29,980 nt of DNA. Origin: Utricularia gibba. Lineage: Eukaryota; Plantae; Magnoliophyta. Below, one piece after another: positions 13,671-23,160 of this stretch. The stretch lies in NCBI GenBank assembly GCA_002189035.1, contig NEEC01000104.1, forward strand, positions 1 through 29,980, read 5' to 3'. The notes beneath the pieces were generated by a model. That model worked only from the letters and a program-made list of their open reading frames with translations. It was not told the origin of the DNA and did no database searches. Both the position numbers and the translations under genes were made by a program. Position 1 is the first letter of the stretch; the number at the start of each line of letters is the position of its first letter.

Positions 13671-15849
13671 AGCTTATTTTTTAAAATATAATTTATATTT
13701 TTTATGTATTTAAGTTTCGATGTGTTCATCCGATTTATTCGATACTTAATTCCAATAGGGGTTGGGATGAAAAAATAACAAGGAGATCGAAAGCAAGCTA
13801 ATGTGGGTATGGCGATGATGTGCTTTAGTGCATGTAAGGTAGCGCCCGAGGAGCATATCTTGTAATAAAACTTTCAAAGCTGGATCAGATCCATTTATAG
13901 TTGTCAGATGTGTACGTACCCATAAAAAAAAAGAAAAGAAACTTTATCGAGCCAATCATGATGTGACACCTCATCTTTATAAAATTATACTCCTTTATTA
14001 TTATTTTATTGCAAAATTAATATTATAAATGATTATTGTCATTACACATGCCATATGATGGTCATGTTCTTAAATAATTGCTAAAATCAGCTCCTTTCTT
14101 ACCTTTTTTTTGTTTCATTAGTTATTTCAAAAAGTGTCATGACAACAAATATTTAAAATATTATCACAATTTTAATATATTTAAATTTTTGTTCAAGATT
14201 CCATTTTAAAGTTATAAACTTAATATATTTGAAAAATAACATTGTAATGGTGAATTAATTCCAATAATTATTACTCTCTCCCCTACAACAAAATAAAACG
14301 ATGTGAAAAACGATATTATTTACCAATTACATGATGGACTATAGTTCATATACTTTTTCCATTTGAGTGATAATATGCACTTCCATCATGAGAAACATAA
14401 ATTAAGTTGTATTTAAAAAGTTAGTTGCACAATATGGAAATAATTTTCAAGGTTTGATGGGCATGCCCAAAGAGCATGATTTGTAAATGAGAAATAAAAT
14501 AATTTTCTAAATTTTAGACTTTTTTTAAATTTGGGTAAAAATTATTAAATCGAATCTAAAGAATCATACTTTCAATATGAATGGGATCTAATCATCGAAT
14601 TCAGCTACAGATTTGAAAAGGAAGCGACATTTCTCTAACAAGAAAGTTAGTCATGTGACCGAAGGGCACTGTACCCACTAAGCCGCAACTATTCAGACAA
14701 ATCGACACAATGATATGGATAGTTTATAAGAATCTTGGTATTTGGACTCCATAGGTCAATGTGGGACGCCACCCAACTCCAGGGAAGATCAAATGAGCTC
14801 TGAAAAGTCAGTATATTCGTCTGCTGATAAGCTTTTTCGAGACCCTTCTAGATAATTCGATCTCGAAACACTGTATATAAGAGAGATGCTGATCAAGAAG
14901 AAGATGCCATAAGATTACGTGATCGGGAGCAGGTGGAGCAGAATCGAAGAGTGATTGATAATGTGTGCTCTTTTATAGCGCACCCAGGGGCAAGGGGGGC
15001 CGCACAGTTGTACCTACAGTACAGGAAACTAACAAAAGGGTGGTGCAGAAGGGAGGAGGAGGGGCCGGGAACGATGCAGACACAAAAGGCGTGAGTGCGG
15101 CGGCCTGTTTCCGAGCAAAAACTGTTAGAAAACCGTAAAGTGCGCACCCCCACTCCACCAATGTGTGTCTCATGATACGTCTTAATCGCGAATGATTTTG
15201 ATAAGACACACGCATGTTAGTGTTTTCTTTTCTTTTATTGCAGAAAACCCTTGTGGTTTGCTTTGAGTATCCCTCGTTTTCCTGGTCTCTGAGGCAAAGA
15301 CTGATCTTGCATTTTGAATAACAGCATTTGAATTGCAACACCCTCTTGGTCTTTCAGGGAGAAGAGTGTTTTGTGCACCGACATGCTGTCAGCAGATGAA
15401 CAAGAATGGTGTCCACTGTCCGGGAGGTGCCCGTTTGTAAGAGCCCATCGAGAAATCTGGGTTTTCCTCTGTCTTTGGACACCCATTTAAGAGGCCCAGG
15501 CGAAACTCTTGACAACTCAGAGTGCGCAGGCTGCATCATGCTTGGAACACTTAAAATATGCAATAAAAAGGAGACATAACCAGAGGAAGTCGGTCGGCGC
15601 CGTTGATGCAGCTTCTGTAACACAGCGGCGGCAGAGTTTCACCGTTTCTGCCCGTTGGCTGGGGTGAACTCCGACTCCCTCACTCTCTCGGGTCAATCTT
15701 GTTGAAATTTAGTATGAATATGCATGTAAAACTCAAGTGTATAATAAATGTGAATCACATTATAAAAAATTAAGTATAATTAATTACTAATGATTTATAA
15801 TTTTTTATATATTTGATTATGTAACTTTTATTTTTTGTGATATTATATC

Positions 15850-15934
15850 ATATTAGAATATACAATACCACATCGAAAAATGAAAATGACATAATCAAGT
15901 ATATAATAAATTGTGAATCATTAATAATCGATTG
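15850..15934. repeat. AT-rich dispersed repeat, copy B
   Basis: Aligns to 13586-13670 in the same orientation. A degenerate sub-repeat lies at about 15733-15762 (TCAAGTGTATAATAAATGTGAATCACATT). Confidence 0.55.
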
Positions 15935-16425
15935 TATCTATTTTTTTTTTAATATGAATCACATTTGTTGTATATTTGGGCTTCGTTAGTGCACTCATAC
16001 AACCTATTGAATCCCGAATTTAAACAATTCTCATTTAGCCACCCCATTGAGCCAATATGAATTGTGTTGAAATTAAGAATCTATAGAATCGTATAAATAC
16101 ACATAAAACCAAAGCATATAATAAATGTAAATTACATTAGAAAATATTAATTTTAATTTATTATGATTAATCTATAATTATTTATACACATGATTATTTT
16201 AATTTCAAATTTAATTGTTTGTTTTAATAAATTGGGGTTACTACCAGATTTGGAATCACCCAACATGACTGCTGTGCTGACTGATTCTTTTCCAAAACCA
16301 TCAATCTGTAAACGGGTTCGGGTGATCCATTTTGAAAGATGGGGGATGGATACGGAGTGCTTGACCCGGACCACAGGTTCCATTCGACTCGTACAAGTTA
16401 CTAATTTAGGCAACTCTAGAACGGC

Positions 16426-16520
16426 ACACGTGGAGGTAGATCAGGCGCCCTCGCTAGAATGGCGCCACGTGTGTTTTTTCACTAACTATTGGAAACCGTC
16501 AGCTTTTTTATTTATATATT
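16426..16520 (+). promoter_or_regulatory. LEA promoter: two ABRE/G-box elements and a TATA-like box
   Basis: ACACGTGG at 16426-16433, GCCACGTGT at 16464-16472, and TATATATT at about 16512, upstream of the ATG at 16579. Paired ABREs are typical of ABA-responsive LEA promoters. Confidence 0.65.
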
Positions 16521-16578
16521 TACTGCTCCACGGTACTCCCTCTTTCCCGGTAGATTGCTGTTCTGACTGTTTTCCGAT

Positions 16579-19500
16579 ATGGCGGTGAAGACGGCGGCGT
16601 TGGTGTTCATGTTGTGCGTCTTTGTGGCGGCGCGTGGGGAGGAAGAGGCGCCGGCCACTTCCGATGACGATAGAAATTCCGCCAGTTCTTGGGCGGGTTG
16701 GGCCACAAACACTTTCTCTAGGTACATAATTTTTTACTCCTCTTTTTAGTTTTTGTAATTTTGAATTAAATTAATTTATTTTAGAGGAATCAACATGGGC
16801 TCGGAGGAAGCCCAGAGAGCGGCTGAGAAAACCCAGGAAGCTGCTGGAGAAGCCACCGACACCGTGAATTCAGCTACATTTGGTGCATTTCTTGCTTCGT
16901 TTCATTGTATGTGATTCTGGAAGTTTGATCATTTTTTCTTTCTTCCTCTTTTTTTTCATCTCTCAGAGACGTCGAAGCAGGCCTCTGAAAAAGCGAGCGA
17001 CTTCGCCCAAAGCACATGGCAGAAAATGAAGCCTGAAGACCAGGACACAGGCAAACAAAACTAAATTTGTTGTGTGGTTTGCTCTGAAATGGGCGCTGCA
17101 CTCATTCACTAATCATGCTCTGAAACGAATAGTGGGTTGTGCTCTGTTATTGATGATGCATCTTCTGTCAGCAAGTGGTGGAGCAACGAAGATCCGGGAA
17201 GTCTCAACCCGCGAAGATGAATGGCGCGCGACCTCTGTTCCTCCCATGAGAAGCAACCCTCAATTAGATTGGGAAAAAGGCCTTATCATACTTGGGCCTC
17301 AACATTCCAAACTACTGGCCCAAGAAGAAGCATCTGAAGCCCAGTCCATGAAAGAAGTCCTAGTAAATTCTGGCTGCTACACAGTAGATGAACAAGAGGA
17401 CTAATCTACAGACTAAAGGCAACGGTCATATTTTAGGCCTGATATGATCCAACGGGCAACTCTCCTCATCTATATAAATCCCTGTTTGCTTTATGAAAAA
17501 AAAGGAAAGTTCTTTTCGATCCAAAAACAATAGTCAATATCCACAAACTTCAACATTCTCTCAACGTTCAACCAAGTCTCCAACAAAATCAAGCAGCCAA
17601 AAATACTTTTATGGTGAACCCGACGTGAAGATACTTCACCGACTCCCATCTCCTCTTATCATTGCAGTCTCTCAGAATGGCAGCCCTCCAACAAGCTCCT
17701 CCAATCTTCACTGGTCAGCGCTACGCTTCTTGGGCAGTACGAATGGAAAGTTACCTGCAAATGAACGACTTATGGTCTGTGGTGGATCCTGTACGTCCAG
17801 ACTCCTCTGAAATAGCCACAGCAGAAAGTCTCAAACTCACAGATGCTCAAGTAAAGAAAGCTAAGTATGCTCTGGATCAAGCCTTATCTGAAGAAGTGTT
17901 CAACCGTGTTATGCTACTGAAAAGTCCCAAAGACATCTGGAAAAAATTGGAGGAATTCTACGGAGAGGATACGGAAGCCCGTGAGAGCCGCATTCAACGT
18001 CAATGGGAGCTCTTTGACAACCTGAAATTCTTACCAGGTATGAGTATCTCTCATTTTTCAGAAACGCTAATCAAAATTGTCACTGAGTTACAGACCTTGG
18101 GAGAGCCCTTGGAAGACAGAAGAATTAAATCAAAAATACTCAGTTCCCTACCGCGGTCCTTTGCCCCTGTAGTCACTACTTTGCGGGTCACAGGCATTCA
18201 CTCCATATCCTCCAGAAAACTACTAGAAAGACTCAGTGAATCCGAAGTTGAAGTCGGACTTGGTGAAGGCCAGGAACTTGCCTTCAAGGCAACAGAAAAT
18301 CAGAAAGGCTATGGTTCTCAATCATCAAATGAACCGGTGATCTTTCAAGCAAAAATTGAGAAACCAAGTACTGGAGATTCATGCCCATTCTGCAAGCGAA
18401 AAGGCCATTCACCAACACAATGTTTCTGGAGCCCTGACGCCAAATGCCTGTACTGTTCTCTCCAAGGTCATGTGGACAAAGTGTGTCCCCTGAAAAAATA
18501 CCATCAGATTGGAGGAAAGGCTGCAGATCCTAAGGACAAACTTACTAGCGCTATGAATGATGTAAATCTCGCAGCTGAAATGAATAAGAAGAAGATTGAT
18601 ATTTACTCTCTGCGCCGCAAAACTCTAATCACATCATTTGTGGATCTAAGGAAACAAGACATCTGGTTTATCGATAGCGGATGCAGTCATCATATAACCA
18701 ACGACAAGAGTCTATTCACAACCTTCATCGAGCTAACTGGGAAAGTAATCGAAATTGCTGATGGAAATCACTTACAGGTCATCGGTCAAGGAACAGTTTG
18801 CCTTGAAACTGTCCAGAAATTAATCAAGATCACAGACGTGTATCTGGTGCCCCAGGCCTACCACAATCTACTAAGCACTGGCCAGCTGGTTGAAAAGGGG
18901 ATGAAAGTTCATCTGGAAAGTAATGAGTGCAAAATATTAGATGAAGAAGATAATATACTCCTTACGGTTGCTATGACTGATAGGGTCTTTCCACTGCTTC
19001 CGAATGCTACATCCATCGATTACAACATTTGCCTCAAGTCCCTAGAATCATCTGAGATTTGGCACCAACGGTTAGGTCACCATCACTATGCCTCCCTTAT
19101 ATCCATGAAGAAGAGAAACCTGGCAGAGGGGATTCCTAATATAATTCCTGAGGAAAAACACTGCAGAATATGCTTTCAAGGGAAGATGAGCCGAACACCA
19201 CTCCCTAAGTCCAGCATTCATTCTCAGAAAAAATTGGAAGTTGTTACCAGTGACGTCTGTGGGCCCATGGCCTCTCCTACTCGAGCCGGCAACAAATATT
19301 ACGTGATCTTTATTGACGAATATTCAAAGTATACCTGGATCTATCTCCTGAAGCATAAATCAGAGGTTTTGCACCACTTCCAAGTCTTCAAGGTCCTTGC
19401 AGAAACTCAAAGCAATAGTAAGATTCTAACACTCCGGTCAGACAACGGAGGTGAGTACAAATCAACTGAACTGAGACACATTTGTGAGACAAATGGTATT

Positions 19501-22500
19501 ACTCACCAGTTTACAACGCCATATACGCCAGAGCAGAACGGCATATGTGAACGAAAGAACAGGACAATAGTCAATATGGCTCGGTGTCTACTCTATCAAA
19601 AACACTTACCTCTAGAATTCTGGGCGAAGCAGTCAACACAGCCGTGTATCTGTTGAACCGCCTGCCAACCAAAGGAAATAAAGACTGTAAAACTCCTTAT
19701 GAGCTATGGTACAACAAAATTCCAAGCCTAGATCACATGAAGGTATTTGGATCACCCTGCTATATATACATTCCAAAGGAGAAGAGATCAAAATGGGACA
19801 AAAGATCTGATGAAGGAATTTTCCTGGGATATAGCAATACAAGTAAAGCCTACAGGGTACTGAATCTAAGAACAAATGAGGTGGAACTCAGTCGTGATGT
19901 AACAGTAGACGAGACTAGAATTTACAACTGGAGTTCCTCGACAACACATGACAAAAATCATTCTTATTCAGAAAATATATGGAATTTATTCCCTCAACAA
20001 GGACATGATGCAACAACCGAACCCCTCAGCATCCACCCAGCGAGGAACAGTCCTAGTCAAGACTCTATTCAACAAGAAATGACAGCCTCAGGAACAAATA
20101 TGTTAAGGGTCCAAGCAACCCTAGAAGATCAAATCACAAACTCAAATGATCGAGCCTCAAACTCAACAGATTTAAGAGGACACTCGGTGTCAACGACAGA
20201 CATCCTAGAAGTCTCTAATAGCGAAAATTTGCCACCACCTAGTCCTGATGTTCCGAGAACAATTGAGCCCGAAAGCCCCTGTACAACAGAAGATCCTGTT
20301 AATACCCAACAGTTTCCAGAAGGCTCCTTGGCCACTACTATCGAAGACATGAGATATGAGGATGCAGACTCAGAGCACATACCTGAACAAACTCTAGAAT
20401 GTCATGAAACCCTCATCAACAGCATCAGAAATCCAAAGGAAATCACTGAGCTATCATCAACCGATACATCAGAAGAAGAAAACTCATCAGGAGAAGATGA
20501 AGAAACTCAAAACCGAGGACCCAACCTAGCAGCAAGAAATCCTATACTCATTCCCTCACCTCAAAGGCAAAGTTACCTGGAAGATTACGGACAAGAAGGG
20601 GTTCCTTACACCCCACATCATCTATGTATGGATCTGAAACAAAATGAAGACAGCTCACCTGTGCGAGGATATGCACCAATCAACGATATCTATGATAGGG
20701 CATTGAGCACCTATGAACCAGCAAGCGTTCAGGAAGCTCTCGCTGACCCAGATTGGAAGAAATCCATAGACGAAGAATTCAACTCCATCCAGAAACACGG
20801 CGTTTGGACAGCAGTGCCTAAGCCGAAGCAGAAAAAACCTCTGGACCTAAAATTCATATTCCGTCCCAAGTTAAATCCTGATGGCACTCTGAACAAAAGA
20901 AAATCCAGACTGGTGGTAAAGGGATATTTACAGAAAGAAGGGATTGATTACCTGGAAACCTTCGCTCCGGTGGCAAGATTAGACACCATTAAGCTGATTA
21001 TTGCACTTGCGGCCTGCAACAAGTGGTATTTACATCATCTGGACATAAAAACGGCCTTTCTGCATGGAGAGTTAAGCGAAGACATATATGTGAACCCCCC
21101 TCCAGGTTTCATCATCCGAGATAATCCAGAATATGTACTGAAATTAAATAAAGCTTTATACGGACTCAAGCAGGCCCCAAAGAATGGTATACTACCATTG
21201 ACACTTTCTTTCTAGAGCTGGGATATACAAGAAGTCAAAATGATACTACATTATACATATCTGAGGATATCCAAGGAAAAGTTATTGTCTCCTTATACGT
21301 AGACGACATTCTAATCACAGGCAGCAGTGAAGAACGAATTTCTGAATTACAGAAGCTATTGCAGCAAAGATTTGAACTCACCAATCTGGGACATGCACGT
21401 TATTTCCTAGGAATGGAGATCATTCAACATAAAGACTTCATATTTTTGAACCAACGTAGATATACAGAGAACTACTCAAAAAATACAGCATGGAATCATC
21501 AAAAGTATCTACTACTCCTTTCTCACCAGAAGTTAGAAAGAAATTATCTGACCTTAATTCTCATCCAGTTGACTCTCATAACTACCAGAAACTCATTGGC
21601 GCTCTGATGTATTTAACTGCTACTAGACCGGATATAACCTTCGCCGTATCATTTCTGGCCAGATTCATGCATCAGCCACACAACACACACCTGGAAATAG
21701 CAACACGTATCCTGAAATATTTGAAGGCCACAACTTCCTTTGGTTTATATTACAAGAAAGGTACTAACCCTATTTTGCAGGGATTTGTTGATTCAGACTT
21801 TGCTGGCGACGAACAAGATTGTAAATCTACCACAGGCTATCTATTCAACTTAGGATCAGCGGTATTTTCATGGAACAGCAAGAAACAAGCCGTCACTGCA
21901 CAATCATCGGCAGAAGCCGAATACATCGCAGGAGCTGCTGCTGCCAACCATGCGCAATGGTTGGTGAAATTATGCGATGACCTGAAAATTCAAATTACAA
22001 GACCGATAATACTCAAGATAGATAACAAATCTGCCATTAGCATCGCAAAAAATCCTGTGATGTTCGGTCGACCAAGCACATCAAGCTTAAATACCATATA
22101 CTCAGAGATTATGTGAAGGAAGGACTGATTAAACTTGAGTACTTACCATCGGATGAGCAACCTGCAGATATTCTCACCAAATGCTTATTCCCAAGGAATT
22201 TCAACAGAATCAGAGAAATGCTGGGAATTCGGAGAAATCCTCTTGTGACAACAGCCGGATCTTCATTACTCCCTCAGGGAGGAATGTCAGCAAGTGGTGG
22301 AGCAACGAAGATCCGGGAAGTCTCAACCCGCGAAGATGAATGGCGCGCGACCTCTGTTCCTCCCATGAGAAGCAACCCTCAATTAGATTGGGAAAAAGGC
22401 CTTATCATACTTGGGCCTCAACATTCCAAACTACTGGCCCAAGAAGAAGCATCTGAAGCCCAGTCCATGAAAGAAGTCCTAGTAAATTCTGGCTGCTACA

Positions 22501-22981
22501 CAGTAGATGAACAAGAGGACTAATCTACAGACTAAAGGCAACGGTCATATTTTAGGCCTGATATGATCCAACGGGCAACTCTCCTCATCTATATAAATCC
22601 CTGTTTGCTTTATGAAAAAAAGGAAAGTTCTTTTCGATCCAAAAACAATAGTCAATATCCACAAACTTCAACATTCTCTCAACGTTCAACCAAGTCTCCA
22701 ACAAAATCAAGCAGCCAAAAATACTTTTATCTTCTGCTGCAGAAGGAACAGGCCAGGGATCAAAGATGGTGGCTCAGAGGCGTATGAAAAGGGCAAAGAA
22801 AAGATAAAAATGGCGACGGAGAAAGCTTCTGATTTGTACGAGGACGCAAAAGAGAAGGTTGGGGAGACGTATGAATCCATGTCTGCAGAAGCGAGGCAAA
22901 AATATGAAGCAGCCAAAGAGAGAGCTTCACAGGCAGCAGGAGATATAGGGCCCAAATGAGGAGGGAAGTGCAGAATTGTGA
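16579..22981 (+). CDS. LEA protein of the signal-peptide-bearing D-29/LEA_4 type, with its last intron occupied by the copia element
   Basis: Exon 1 (16579-16721): MAVKTAALVFMLCVFVAARGEEE..SSWAGWATNTFS, a signal peptide plus SWxxWA motif. Exon 2 (16785-16882): EEAQRAAEKTQEAAGEATD. Exon 3 (16967-about 17050): TSKQASEKASDFAQ. Last exon from 22743: SEAYEKGKEKIKMATEKASDLYEDAKEKVGETYE..AAKERASQAAGDIG. Stop as read is 22959; the inferred corrected end SAEL* is at 22981. Confidence 0.75.
17166..17611 (+). repeat. 5' LTR (446 bp)
   Basis: TGTCAGCAAGTGG...AAAATACTTTTA, with TATA box CTATATAAAT at about 17470. Identical to the 3' LTR except A8 versus A7. Confidence 0.96.
17612..17629 (+). other. Primer-binding site complementary to the tRNA-Trp 3' end
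   Basis: TGGTGAACCCGACGTGAA directly follows the LTR. Its reverse complement TTCACGTCGGGTTCACCA matches the 3' end plus CCA of plant cytosolic tRNA-Trp(CCA) as recalled. Confidence 0.88.
17677..22523 (+). CDS. Copia Gag-Pol polyprotein, split by four apparent 1-bp deletions
   Basis: Knuckles CPFCKRKGHSPTQC and CLYCSLQGHVDKVC; protease WFIDSGCSHHIT; integrase WHQRLGH, DVCGP, LRSDNGGEY, PEQNGICERKNRT; RT KSRLVVKGYLQKEGIDYLETFAPVARLDTI, HLDIKTAFLHG, LYGLKQAP, YVDD (about 21296); RNase H GFVDSDFAGD, AQSSAEAEYIA, EQPADILTK. Frame shifts at about 19623, 21180, 21470 and 22071. Confidence 0.93.
22276..22284 (+). other. Polypurine tract
   Basis: AGGGAGGAA abutting the TG of the 3' LTR. Confidence 0.8.
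22285..22729 (+). repeat. 3' LTR (445 bp)
   Basis: Same sequence as 17166-17611 except one fewer A in the run after TTATG; followed by TSD TCTTC. Confidence 0.96.
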
Positions 22982-23160
22982 GAAGTCTCTGTCTTTTGTT
23001 CATCAATAAGGTTTTGAACCACTGGAAATCAAACATCTTAGTAACATATATCAGATTTTGGAGTATGCATAGAAAATGATTCTCCATGGAAATCAAGTAC
23101 GTTGCTTTTCAATGTACACCGTCATACCAAAAAAACAGTAAGAAGCTGAGAAATTGAAGC

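Larger units (their letters stand above)
17166..22729 (+). mobile_element. Full-length Ty1/copia LTR retrotransposon (5564 bp), probably Ivana/Oryco-like lineage
   Basis: Two near-identical LTRs, TSD TCTTC (17161-17165 and 22730-22734), PBS, PPT, and GAG-PR-IN-RT-RH order. Lineage is inferred from the Gag start PPIFTGQRYASWAVRMESYLQMNDLW, two CCHC knuckles, overall size and short LTRs. Confidence 0.97.

Noticed and set aside
14871-14889. CTGTATATAAGAGAGATG resembling the Tn5/Nextera mosaic end
   Set aside because: Several mismatches and wrong arrangement versus AGATGTGTATAAGAGACAG; better read as a TATA-like motif.
14977-15000. GCACCCAGGGG resembling the start of the plant TPP riboswitch
   Set aside because: The CTGAGA core and remaining stems are absent, and there is no THIC gene nearby.
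15865-15876. ACCACATCG as an snRNA USE element
   Set aside because: It is part of the AT-rich dispersed repeat, and downstream sequence hits a T-run quickly with no structured RNA.
17503-17520. Heat-shock element in the LTR (ONSEN-like)
   Set aside because: GGAAAGTTCTTTTCG gives only two correct alternating nGAAn units and lies downstream of the TATA box.
19584-22116. Programmed ribosomal frameshifting to explain the four breaks in copia pol
   Set aside because: The breaks fall inside IN, RT and RH domains rather than at the gag-pol junction, lack slippery-site context, and match the window-wide one-base homopolymer losses.
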